DNA of 49,670 bases from the NCBI GenBank assembly GCA_051382335.1, contig JBBCAX010000216.1, forward strand, positions 1-49,670. Reading direction: 5' to 3'. A program made the translations under genes and the position numbers. This DNA comes from Deltaproteobacteria bacterium TL4 (lineage in GTDB: Bacteria; SAR324; NAC60-12). This document shows positions 1 through 9,038 of this stretch, in pieces. Every line of letters starts with the position of its first letter. Position 1 is the stretch's first letter. Below the pieces are notes generated by a model. It did no database searches. It saw only the letters and a list, made by a program, of their open reading frames with translations, and was not told the origin of the DNA.

Positions 1-314
1 TGTGTTCTTGGTGTTTTTAAAAAGTTTGGTGGGAAAAATATGAAAGAGAATCTTGATAATTGCAGGGACTCCGAACCCTTTTTTATGAATATACTTTGTC
101 AAGTTGGTTTTTTATGAGAAAGCCGTGGGCTGGTACCTAAACGGGAAGGTCGTGGTGATCCCTTCATTTCTCATTTAAGCCAATCCGGGGCCTGGTTCAA
201 AAATGTTTGTTATTACGGGCTGTTGACAGCTTTTTGAAAAAGGACATTTGAGGTAATAGGCTCATATCAAAGATTATTTCTAATTTATCGTTTTCATGGA
301 AGAGATGAATCCAG

Positions 315-379
315 GTTTGTAGTCCCGCCTTTAGGCGGAAAACGCTTCTGAAAGGCAGTCTGAAGGCGGAACTACGAAC
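315..379. repeat. REP doublet (REPIN-like), GTAG-type REP
   Basis: Left copy GTTTGTAGTCCCGCCTTTAGGCGG (315-338; GTAG followed by a CCGCCT/AGGCGG palindrome) and an inverted, slightly decayed copy CAGTCTGAAGGCGGAACTACGAAC (356-379). Confidence 0.75.
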
Positions 380-410
380 TTTTTTCCATGATTTCTGAAA
401 AACTTACATT

Positions 411-449
411 AACTTAATAAGTAACTATAATTAAAGTACTTATTAAGTT
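411..449. repeat. AT-rich inverted repeat with 13-bp arms
   Basis: AACTTAATAAGTA (411-423) and TACTTATTAAGTT (437-449) are exact reverse complements with a 13-bp spacer. Function unknown. Confidence 0.55.
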
Positions 450-743
450 TAACCGTATTTTCACTCACGGGTATTGCATCATATGGAGCATTATTTTTTC
501 ATCCACGATCAAAAACCGCATTTGACCATGATTGTTCATTATGAGGAGGCGAGGAGAGCTTTCCGAGGAACATTTTCTCCACTCCGTCAATGGTCTGCAA
601 GAATCCATTCTGGGGGCGTCGTCCTATGCTGAACGGATGGTTGGGGATCGGGGAAAAAGACAGGATGAGTGAAATTTCGATTTATATCAGTTCAGGGCAT
701 GAAACTTCTGTGAAAGTTGGAAGTCCTGGAAAACCTCAACTAG

Positions 744-913
744 GAGGCTGTCTGAGAACTTGTAGGGTGGGTTAGACTGAGCCAAAGCGAAGTCGTAACC
801 CACCGATTCCGGGGCAAAATGCCTTATTTTCACACGCCACTGGTTCATTTTTGGTGGATTACGCCTACCGGCTAATCCACCCTACGATTTCATGAACATT
901 CTCGGACAGCCTC
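744..913. mobile_element. 170-bp MITE-like element with IS5-family-like terminal inverted repeats
   Basis: TIRs GAGGCTGTCTGAGAA (744-758) and TTCTCGGACAGCCTC (899-913) match at 14/15. CTAG lies directly on both flanks (740-743, 914-917). No coding capacity. Confidence 0.65.
762..885. repeat. second REP doublet (GTAGGGTGG type) inside the MITE
   Basis: GTAG-GGTGGGTTA...TAACCCACC (762-804) and inverted GGTGGATTA...TAATCCACC-CTAC (853-885). Each is a hairpin with a GTAG tetranucleotide at its foot. Confidence 0.75.
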
Positions 914-947
914 CTAGGTAGGAAGATCAGGATTATAAGGAGTATGC

Positions 948-2015
948 ATGAATAGCAAGTATTGGATACTGGGATTAGCGATATTCCTCCTTGTTGGTTG
1001 TAGCAATGTAAACGACTCAGACTCCTCCTCTCCACTTGAGAGCACTCCAAATGCCACAACTAATGCAAATCTCTCCGGGGATGTTCAAGAACATCAGATA
1101 GCCATTTATTTTTCGGGTTCTACTGGACAGAATTACAAGGGGGGGATTGATGAGATCTTGGCTGAACGTATTGTAAACGCGAAGCAAAGTGTTGATGTCG
1201 CGATCTACGGTTTATCTCTGAACAGTATTACTGACGCTTTGATTGAATCCCATCTGAAAGGAGTACAGGTTCGTGTCTTCGGAGAAAGTGATAATTTATC
1301 CTGGGATCAGTTTCAATTGCTTCAACAAGCGGGTATTCCCTTAAAAGGTGATGAACGAAGTAGCTTAATGCATAATAAGTTTACCATAATTGATGGACAG
1401 GAAGTCTGGACAGGGTCCATGAATTATACCGCTTATGGTGTCTATCGAAATGATAATAACCTGATTCAATTAATTTCGGAAAAGATGGCTAAAAACTATC
1501 AAGTGGAGTTTGATGAGTTGTGGGAAAGGGACAAAGGGAGGGTTCTGGCAACCCCCTTTCCTGAAATCCAAATGAACGATCAAACCAAGGTTGAGGTCTA
1601 TTTTTCTCCTGAGGATCACATTGAGGGAAAAATCATCACCATTTTAAAAAATGCGACTAGCCACATTCGCTTTATGATGTTTGCCTTCACCTCCGTCTCT
1701 ATTGCAGAAACCCTGATTTCACTTCATCAAAAAGGGATTGTTGTTCAAGGCGTCTTTGAAGAAGAGCAGCGATCCTATCGGAAATATGATCTTTTAAAGG
1801 AGGCAGGTTTAGAAGTGCGATTAGATGGAAATTATTTTAGTATGCATCATAAAGTGATCCTTGTGGATGATACCACTGTCATTACAGGGTCCTATAATTT
1901 GACTGAAGCGGCATCAAGCAAAAATGATGAAAATGTGCTTGTGCTGCATAATCCGGAAATCACATCAACTTACCTCCAGGAATTTCAGCGTGTTTGGGAT
2001 ATAGCGGCACAATAA
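948..2015 (+). CDS. phospholipase D-superfamily lipoprotein (Nuc-like, two HKD motifs)
   Basis: Lipobox LLVGC; HNKFTIID...GSMN and HHKVILVD...GSYN motifs; AGGAG ribosome-binding site upstream. Confidence 0.9.
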   Translation: MNSKYWILGLAIFLLVGCSNVNDSDSSSPLESTPNATTNANLSGDVQEHQIAIYFSGSTGQNYKGGIDEILAERIVNAKQSVDVAIYGLSLNSITDALIESHLKGVQVRVFGESDNLSWDQFQLLQQAGIPLKGDERSSLMHNKFTIIDGQEVWTGSMNYTAYGVYRNDNNLIQLISEKMAKNYQVEFDELWERDKGRVLATPFPEIQMNDQTKVEVYFSPEDHIEGKIITILKNATSHIRFMMFAFTSVSIAETLISLHQKGIVVQGVFEEEQRSYRKYDLLKEAGLEVRLDGNYFSMHHKVILVDDTTVITGSYNLTEAASSKNDENVLVLHNPEITSTYLQEFQRVWDIAAQ

Positions 2016-2210
2016 ACGTTAGAGTTGATATATTCAATCGTTGCTTGAACGTGGATAAGGGGGGAAGAATCAGGTATGGCATGAATTTTTTATAGCGTTA
2101 TTAGGAATTAAAATTCCAAATGATTAGGAAAAAAATGTATTCCTAATGATAGAAATTCGGATTGATCCTCTTTAATTTTTAAATCATCACGATACCTATT
2201 TCTAAAAAAC

Positions 2211-5189
2211 ATGAAAATTAAGAAGCACATGAACACCAAATATGGACAACTTCTTGGGAGCAGGTTTCAACGCCTATGGTATAGGCTTGGTGCGGCTTTG
2301 CTGATGGGGATCGTTCTTCAAGGAATGGGTTTGAATGTTTTTGCTCAGGACGGTGATGGGGTGACTATTCAGTCGGTTGAGCTGTTGAGAAAAGGGCACG
2401 AGCTAAGTGTTCGAATATTCTCGGATAAATATGCTCAACCTAAAGTTGTTTCGAATTTGAAATTAAAAACACTGGTAGTTAAATACCCTCGCGCAAAAAT
2501 TCAATTAAGAGAAGGAAAAAATCAATATCGAGCCAACGACAAATTTTTGGATGGCATTCTGTTCCGGCAAATTGGAGAAGAAGTTTGGGCACAGTTTAAG
2601 TTGCATACCGACCAATTGACTTATAATGTTGTAGATAAACCGAATTCTCCCTATTTTGAAATCGCATTTCGTCCCATTCTGGAAATTGAAACCTTGGCGC
2701 CTCCTCCCCAGCCCGCTTCATATAAGCTTATGGCGGTGCAATTTGATTCGCGGGGACAGACCTATTCGAGAGTAACCCTGGAAGTTTCGGCAAAGGTTAG
2801 AGCTTTTGTGATACAAGATGGCGATCAAAAAGTAACAAAAATTCGGTTGGCGGATACAAAACCTTCAAAAGAATTAAAAATTTCTGAATACGCAGATGAT
2901 CGTATCAAGTTTGTTGAGATGACCAATGATCCGAATCAAACCTATGTTGTGATTGAGTCGACGGTGGGAAAGCTCGATGTGAGGGAGATGTTCTTAAATG
3001 ACCCCTTTCGTTGGGTTTTTGATTTTTTTGGTGAGGCTCGGTCAAAGAATGTTGGAGCTGTAGAAGACGTGCCGGAAAAGGAAGACGAAAAAAAGAAAAA
3101 GGTGCCTTTATCCGAGAAAGAAATTGAGAAAGCGAAAGTCGCTGAAGAATTAGCAAAAAAAGAGCAAGAAAAGCGTGAGCGGCGAAATGCTTATATCAGT
3201 GCTGTTTATTCTCGCTCAGAGCGAATTTTCCAAAGTGGTAGTTTTGAGCAGTCAATACAGCTTTTCCGTGCGCTATATGCAAAAGCTAAAAATAATATGG
3301 GTGAGTTTGAAGATGAAATGCATCCTTCCGCAGTTTTGAGTTTATTTCGAATAGCCGATTCGATTTATACCATGCTTGAAAAAAATGATGCTCGAAATTA
3401 TCATGAAGCCATTATGGCCTATGAAACCGCAATTCGTGTCGCTAATGAGTATAAGCTGCAGCAAGACTTAATTCCTCACGCATTATTCAGGATTGCTCGA
3501 AGTTATCAAAAAATGCAATTCCACGATGAGGCTAATGTAACCTTTAAGATGTTACAAGGACAATATCCGGGAAGTGAAGAAGCGGCAGAAGCCAATTTTT
3601 GGAAAGCAGTGAGCCAAGTCGATCGTCGGGAGTGGAAGTCTGCTATCGCTGATTTCAATGAATATCTACGTAGTCCTGATCCGAAGCATGTTGCCGCAGC
3701 ACACTATAAAATTGCGGAAGCCTATTACAATACAGGCGAATTTCGAAAAGCTAAAGAAGCATTTGATCGTGGGCGTGCCATCGATTTAGAATACCCAAAC
3801 AAGAATGCTAATCTGTTATTTCGCATGGGTGAAACTTATTATGAAAATGCGGACTATGCTACGGCCCGCGAGGTTTTTAAGGTCTTGTTACAAAACTTTC
3901 CCAAAGCGGATTTTTCCAAATTAGTTGCTTTGCGTTTGGGCGATTTTTATAGAGATGAAGGTAAAGAGGAAGAGGCCATTGAAGCGTACAAAAATACAAT
4001 AGGCAGTTTTTCTCGTGAGGTTGCTCTTTTGGGAAAAATGAGGATTGCCAATATTAAAGCCCAGCGTCCATATTCGGAGGAGTATAAAGAAGCCGTTAAC
4101 GTTTATGATGAAATAGTAACTCTTTACCCAAACTCCTCTTTAGTTGAAGAAGCTCTGTTACGGAAGGGATTGACACTCACTTTATTTGGGAAATATTCAC
4201 GTGCCATTGAAGCGTTGGAGTCTTATGTTCAAGCATATCCACAAAGTGTTTATGTGCAAAGAGGGGTGATTCAGGAAAATATTGACGAAAATCTCAAGGG
4301 GTTGATGGATCGGTTGTTCTATAACAAAGATTATTTGGGCGTTTTAGGGATATATAAAGATTATAAAACAAAATATTTGTCCAATTTTCGTTTTGATACC
4401 ACTTTGTTCCAAGTGGGGATGTCCTATAAACATCTCGGCCTTTATGATGAAGCTTTGGATATCTTTCAATTTCTGCGCTCCAGAACGTCTAACTCGTTGG
4501 AAGAATTAACTCATCTTAAAATTGCTCAGACCTTGCTTGATAAAGGTGATTTGGCACAGGCTAGAGATCAGCTAGTACAGTTTTTGAAAAAATTCACAAA
4601 TAGTTTGTATGATGCGGAAACTCGTAAACAATTAGCTGAAGTTTATCAGGCGAATCGTCAATTTTCTGAAGCGATATTGGTCTATCAGCAGACCATCAAG
4701 AAGTATTTGCAAACCGAAGATTCACTGAAAATGGAAATTATTCCAACATTGTATTACAATTTAGCAAATTTATACAGAGGCTTAGGAAAAAATACAGAGG
4801 CGGCAGACGCTTACAAGGAAGTAATGCATTATTATCGACATCCGGTTGTTGGCGAAAATGTGCCTCAGTCTGTGATAGAAAGCCATTTTTTCGAAGCGGA
4901 TATGCTTTTTAAAAGCAAAAATAATGCGTTGGCATTGGAAAAATATGAAAAGGCGATCGCACTTTATCTCAACCGCACCGATCCAGAAACCATCGCACGG
5001 GTTTATTGGGCAAAGTATCAAACAGGACAATTATACCAAATTTTTAGCCAAGCTCAAAGAGCATTGAGAATATATAAGCAGTTAATGGAAAGTCCAGATG
5101 GCGAGGGATCCTTATGGAAGAAACTGGCGACAGATAGCCACCAAGCCTTAACCCAGCAATTGGCTTATGACGCCTATCTGAATAAATAA
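2211..5189 (+). CDS. large tetratricopeptide-repeat protein, probably exported, with an N-terminal beta-rich (AMIN-like) region
   Basis: Hydrophobic signal-like segment ending in VFA; many TPR motifs (e.g. AHYKIAEAYYNTGEFRKAKEAF) from about residue 330 onward. The AMIN call is tentative. Start could be 2229. Confidence 0.8.
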   Translation: MKIKKHMNTKYGQLLGSRFQRLWYRLGAALLMGIVLQGMGLNVFAQDGDGVTIQSVELLRKGHELSVRIFSDKYAQPKVVSNLKLKTLVVKYPRAKIQLREGKNQYRANDKFLDGILFRQIGEEVWAQFKLHTDQLTYNVVDKPNSPYFEIAFRPILEIETLAPPPQPASYKLMAVQFDSRGQTYSRVTLEVSAKVRAFVIQDGDQKVTKIRLADTKPSKELKISEYADDRIKFVEMTNDPNQTYVVIESTVGKLDVREMFLNDPFRWVFDFFGEARSKNVGAVEDVPEKEDEKKKKVPLSEKEIEKAKVAEELAKKEQEKRERRNAYISAVYSRSERIFQSGSFEQSIQLFRALYAKAKNNMGEFEDEMHPSAVLSLFRIADSIYTMLEKNDARNYHEAIMAYETAIRVANEYKLQQDLIPHALFRIARSYQKMQFHDEANVTFKMLQGQYPGSEEAAEANFWKAVSQVDRREWKSAIADFNEYLRSPDPKHVAAAHYKIAEAYYNTGEFRKAKEAFDRGRAIDLEYPNKNANLLFRMGETYYENADYATAREVFKVLLQNFPKADFSKLVALRLGDFYRDEGKEEEAIEAYKNTIGSFSREVALLGKMRIANIKAQRPYSEEYKEAVNVYDEIVTLYPNSSLVEEALLRKGLTLTLFGKYSRAIEALESYVQAYPQSVYVQRGVIQENIDENLKGLMDRLFYNKDYLGVLGIYKDYKTKYLSNFRFDTTLFQVGMSYKHLGLYDEALDIFQFLRSRTSNSLEELTHLKIAQTLLDKGDLAQARDQLVQFLKKFTNSLYDAETRKQLAEVYQANRQFSEAILVYQQTIKKYLQTEDSLKMEIIPTLYYNLANLYRGLGKNTEAADAYKEVMHYYRHPVVGENVPQSVIESHFFEADMLFKSKNNALALEKYEKAIALYLNRTDPETIARVYWAKYQTGQLYQIFSQAQRALRIYKQLMESPDGEGSLWKKLATDSHQALTQQLAYDAYLNK

Positions 5190-5199
5190 CGATTTCGCC

Positions 5200-5228
5200 T
5201 TGAATTTCTATTTCATGTGATTTATAAG
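5200..5228 (+). promoter_or_regulatory. candidate sigma70 promoter for tRNA-Gln
   Basis: TTGAAT (5200-5205), 17-nt spacer, TATAAG (5223-5228), about 30 nt upstream of the tRNA. Confidence 0.4.
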
Positions 5229-5260
5229 GTTACTCTTCTTCATTAAGAAGCCAACCTATT

Positions 5261-5335
5261 TGGGGCGTAGCCAAGTGGTAAGGCAACGGGTTTTGATCCC
5301 GTCATTCGCAGGTTCGATCCCTTCCGCCCCAGCCA
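5261..5335 (+). tRNA. tRNA-Gln (anticodon TTG)
   Basis: Acceptor stem TGGGGCG/CGCCCCA; D arm GCCAAGTGGTAAGGC; anticodon arm ACGGG-TTTTGAT-CCCGT; T loop TTCGATC; discriminator G; encoded CCA. Confidence 0.97.
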
Positions 5336-5474
5336 GGGATATTGTCCTCTCCATTTCATGCCGTTTTATTACCGGTTTTCGCAATTTCTTATCCGCTAAG
5401 AGCAAAGATTCAGCAAAAGATTTGTGGTGTTAGGCCTTTTTGTCGCACTCTCATTTCACTAACCAATTGTTGTT

Positions 5475-6272
5475 ATGAATCAACGAGATCCTAACCCTAA
5501 ATTAAAATATTCTGAGTGGAGACCTGTTGGTGTGTGTGATCAGGGGGGCGCTGCACGAAAAGCAAAGTTTTTTACCCAGAAAGACTTTGCACTCATCACC
5601 GGGCCTGGAATCAATCGAACGAATTGGAATCAGCATCCACAAGTGATGAAAGTGGTTCGGCGTTATGCGAACGATGTTGCCAGAATCTCAAGCTTAACTC
5701 AATCTATGACACGTCCCTCTGTTGTGGGCATTGAATTGGTGGGTGCTGTTTTGGATTATAACCGTACTCCTGGGTTGAATCAGGAATCGGTTGCGGGAAA
5801 AGTGCAGTTTTTTCAAGTTGAGTATGCAGATCCGGTGAAGCGTAAAAATATTCATTGGTGGCGTATTCTTGCGTTAACATTGCTTGCCGTACTACTGCTT
5901 GTAATTGGAGCAGGGGTCCTGTTAAAATCAACACAAAGGAGTAAACTTCATCAAAGTCTTTCTACGTGTGAATCCCGGAGAACATCTTCAACGTATCAGT
6001 CCCACTTGGAAAAAGCCCAAAATCAATTAAATCTCCATGTTAATCGCTTGCCTCCCTTATTTAAATTAGATAAAGCAAGAAGCATGTGCTCGCAAAGGAG
6101 TTCTTCACTAATCGACCGTGAAAAACGCTTGCTTTATTGCTATATGGAATTGAAACAGGCCTCTTTTCTTGAGGAAAAGCAAGAAAGTGCTTTGGAATAT
6201 GCGAGGCGTTGTGTAAGTAATGTATGTAGTAAGGATCTTGTCTATCTAAGGTCTGTTTGCCGCCAGTTATGA
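5475..6272 (+). CDS. hypothetical single-pass membrane protein with Cys-rich C-terminal domain
   Basis: 265-aa ORF with one strong hydrophobic helix (ILALTLLAVLLLVIGAGVLL) and six Cys after it. No family recognised. Confidence 0.7.
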   Translation: MNQRDPNPKLKYSEWRPVGVCDQGGAARKAKFFTQKDFALITGPGINRTNWNQHPQVMKVVRRYANDVARISSLTQSMTRPSVVGIELVGAVLDYNRTPGLNQESVAGKVQFFQVEYADPVKRKNIHWWRILALTLLAVLLLVIGAGVLLKSTQRSKLHQSLSTCESRRTSSTYQSHLEKAQNQLNLHVNRLPPLFKLDKARSMCSQRSSSLIDREKRLLYCYMELKQASFLEEKQESALEYARRCVSNVCSKDLVYLRSVCRQL

Positions 6273-6339
6273 CAATAATGCGAATCAGGAGTTGAGGTTC
6301 TTGAAAATTCCTAATGTTAATCAAGCAAGGTACGAAATC

Positions 6340-7341
6340 ATGATGAAACAATCCGTAATAATGACGATCTTGGTACTTACGGTGATTGGAGCAAGTGGGT
6401 GTGCTTCAGGAACTGTTGAAAATATAATACGGTTGAAACAGACTCGTAAGTGCATTGATTGTGATTTGAAAAATGCCAATATGGAGGGAATTGATCTTTC
6501 CGAGGTGGATCTGACTCGCTCAGATTTAACAGGGGCAAATTTAAGAGGTACATTATTGCAGGGTGTTTTGCTTAGAAGGGCTAAATTGGATCGGGCTAAT
6601 TTGGAGGACGCTGATTTAGCTGGTTCAGATTTGCAAGGGGTCAACTTTTATAAGGCTAATCTTCGAGGTGCAAATTTAACAGGGGTTGATTTGACAGGGG
6701 CTAATTTTACTGCGGCATCTTTGAAGCGGGTTAATTTACAATATGCGAATCTTCAGGGGGTTGAGTTTGCCAATGTGAATGTGGGAGGAACGTCAACCTC
6801 TATGGGATTGGGCTTGCATTCTTCCAAGCAGACGGATTTTGAAGGAAAATCCCTTGAAGGTGCCGATTTGGAAGAGGCCAATCTCCAGGGCGCAAGCCTT
6901 CAAGGAGTGGATCTGAGAGGGGTGAATTTGATTGGTGCCAATTTGCAAAAAGGGAATTTGCAAAATGTGAATCTTGAGGGGATCAAATTGAATGGGAGTA
7001 ATTTAAAACAAGTGGATCTCTCGGGCGCAAATCTTCGTGGAACCGATTTGCAGAGAGCCTCTTTAGAAGGCGCAACAGTCATTGATGCTAATTTCCAAAG
7101 TGCAAATCTTGCGGGCGCCGATTTACAAAAGGCAAATTTTACAAAATCTAATTTGGAATCGGCTGATTTGTCAGGGGCTGATCTTTCAGGGGCGATTTTG
7201 ATGGGATGTCTCTTGATAAAGGCGAATTTAAAATACGCCAATCTTAAAGATACGAATCTTAAGGGGGCTAATCTGAGTGAGGCTACTTGGAGTAATGGCA
7301 GTCCTTGTAAATTGGGGTCCATTGGTCGGTGTATTCAGTAA
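6340..7341 (+). CDS. pentapeptide-repeat lipoprotein
   Basis: Long run of A(D/N)LxG-type repeats; CIDCDL N-cap; C-terminal TWSNGSPC...C cap; signal peptide ending GASGC. Start moved from TTG 6292 to ATG 6340. Confidence 0.9.
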   Translation: MMKQSVIMTILVLTVIGASGCASGTVENIIRLKQTRKCIDCDLKNANMEGIDLSEVDLTRSDLTGANLRGTLLQGVLLRRAKLDRANLEDADLAGSDLQGVNFYKANLRGANLTGVDLTGANFTAASLKRVNLQYANLQGVEFANVNVGGTSTSMGLGLHSSKQTDFEGKSLEGADLEEANLQGASLQGVDLRGVNLIGANLQKGNLQNVNLEGIKLNGSNLKQVDLSGANLRGTDLQRASLEGATVIDANFQSANLAGADLQKANFTKSNLESADLSGADLSGAILMGCLLIKANLKYANLKDTNLKGANLSEATWSNGSPCKLGSIGRCIQ

Positions 7342-7397
7342 GTCATAACCAATTTTTTGGTGCGCCTTACTCTAAAGCGCACCCTGTCTTCAGTCTC

Positions 7398-8525
7398 CTA
7401 CGGGGTTTGCATTTGAACTACTTGGGTTCTTGCGAAGGCTTCGTGAAGTGGCGCAAGAGCTTTCAGTTTCTTCTTTGCTTCCTCATCTGTTTCAAAAAAA
7501 CCAATACGAGTTCGGTATTCAACTTGTTTTGTCTCGGTGTTCCATCTTTGGGAAATATAAGCAAAGTCTGTTTTGGCACTAAATAGAGGCAAGTCTTTTA
7601 TGGCATTCTGGGCAGAAGAATAGTATGGAAGTTCTAACACCCACGGTTTGTTGATGGGGGCACGTAAATCAATCAACTCCTTGGATAGCTCTTGTGAAGA
7701 AGGAAGAACGGCCCAATAATTTTGGGGAAAATCAGTTTCATCCTTATAACGGTAGTAAATTTCTTGTCCAATAGTTTGAGCTTCATCCGTAGTTTTGAAA
7801 AAACCGACTCGAACTCGGTACCAATACTTCTTTTGGTATTGTGTCTCTGTTTTGATGAGATACGCGTAATATCCATCGTGAATCAATTTTTGTGTGAGTC
7901 CTACAGCAACAGAAAAACGATCTTCCTCAATCGACGCCATCTGTACTGAATACTTACCTTGTTTCTTCCTTGATAAAATATCCTTCTGATCTGATTTTTC
8001 TTCAGGAAACTGGATTTTAAGTTTCTTTCCTTCCCATAAAAGGTCCCATTTGGATGCGGGATTTTTGGGAAATATCGTAAAATCTAATTTGGTTTGGTTT
8101 TCGATCAAGATTGTTTGCCAATGCGGATAGTCCAACCCCTTGTGCTCTTTAAATGGAATAATATCCCAGAAACGTTCTCCTGTCTCCAAGAGTCTTGCTT
8201 GATCTACATTTTTGAGTGGTGGAATATTGAGTGAAGGACTGGGTATTTTACTAGCTACGGGGGGAGCTTCTTTGGGAGTATTTTCTGATATTGTTTCAGT
8301 CTCAGGAGGTACCTGTACCTCTGGTGTTGAAGGGGAATCAGGCTCGGACAGTTCTTCAACTATCCCGGCGTCCGTTGCTATAGGAAAGGATTGTTCGGTG
8401 CTTGGCACAAGTTGGGCACCCCGTCGAGGTGACATTTGGAATAGCAGAAAGATGATGATGATCACGAAGAGTGCAATTAAACTACCCCATAATATTATTA
8501 CTTTAGACGTTTTTGCTTTTTCCAT
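7398..8525 (-). CDS. SPOR-domain membrane protein (two SPOR-like domains)
   Basis: N-terminal TM helix, Pro/Glu-rich linker, then YSVQMAS...YWYRVRVGFF and YRTRIGFFET SPOR-type motifs. Confidence 0.8.
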   Translation of the reverse strand: MEKAKTSKVIILWGSLIALFVIIIIFLLFQMSPRRGAQLVPSTEQSFPIATDAGIVEELSEPDSPSTPEVQVPPETETISENTPKEAPPVASKIPSPSLNIPPLKNVDQARLLETGERFWDIIPFKEHKGLDYPHWQTILIENQTKLDFTIFPKNPASKWDLLWEGKKLKIQFPEEKSDQKDILSRKKQGKYSVQMASIEEDRFSVAVGLTQKLIHDGYYAYLIKTETQYQKKYWYRVRVGFFKTTDEAQTIGQEIYYRYKDETDFPQNYWAVLPSSQELSKELIDLRAPINKPWVLELPYYSSAQNAIKDLPLFSAKTDFAYISQRWNTETKQVEYRTRIGFFETDEEAKKKLKALAPLHEAFARTQVVQMQTP

Positions 8526-9038
8526 TCAACCTCTTGTTGTCTTGAGATGTTTGCTGAATTCTCTGCTCTTGACCACTCAACCTTGAGTTTTTCGATACCA
8601 CGAGGAAGAGCGGAGATCCATTTAAATTTAGAATAATATCGTACTTACCGTCATCGGATGCTAGCGGACTTCCAGCTCTTTGTTTGAACCTCCTTTAACG
8701 CTGCCATCAGCTATTTCGTCTTGTTCAAGTCCCATGCAGGAATCCTGAAGATGCTCCGATTTTTTAATAAGGAAAAACCTTTTTTGACATTTGTCACTAT
8801 AATAATAGGAAAAATGGTGAATCTGCTTGCGATTTCAAGGAGATTTCCTATGTTGTTCCTACCAATCAGTTCATTCCCGTTAGGCATTTCAGAGGTCAAT
8901 AATCCGATCAGATGGTAGAAAAATACTTCCCTTGAGGGGGATTGTTCATGTTAAAAGTATTCGATCTGTAACTCCACTATTGATCGTTGTAGCGAAATTC
9001 ATGCCTAAGTTTAATTAATTTTTATATATATCGAGTAA

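Noticed and set aside
590..1059. Short ORFs 590-775 (+) and 865-1059 (-)
   Set aside because: They run into the MITE/REP sequence or lie antisense to the PLD gene, and have no recognisable motifs.
948..2015. PLD protein as an anti-phage defence nuclease
   Set aside because: It has a lipoprotein signal and no helicase, methylase or other defence partner nearby.
2123..2147. ATTAGGAA/TTCCTAAT inverted repeat upstream of the TPR gene
   Set aside because: Only 8-bp AT-rich arms. It could be an operator but is not distinguishable from chance.
5261..5335. tRNA-Gln as the integration site of a genomic island
   Set aside because: I found no integrase and no duplicated tRNA 3' end in the window, and the downstream genes soon return to housekeeping functions.
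6321..7322. Antisense ORFs over the pentapeptide-repeat gene
   Set aside because: Shadow frames produced by the repetitive codon pattern.
8560..9038. Lysine riboswitch or 6S RNA in the SPOR-lysA divergent gap
   Set aside because: Some pairing is possible (TCTCTGCTCTT/AAGAGCGGAGA; TTGAAC/GTTCAA), but I could not match L-box or 6S consensus motifs and spacing. An Rfam scan would settle it.
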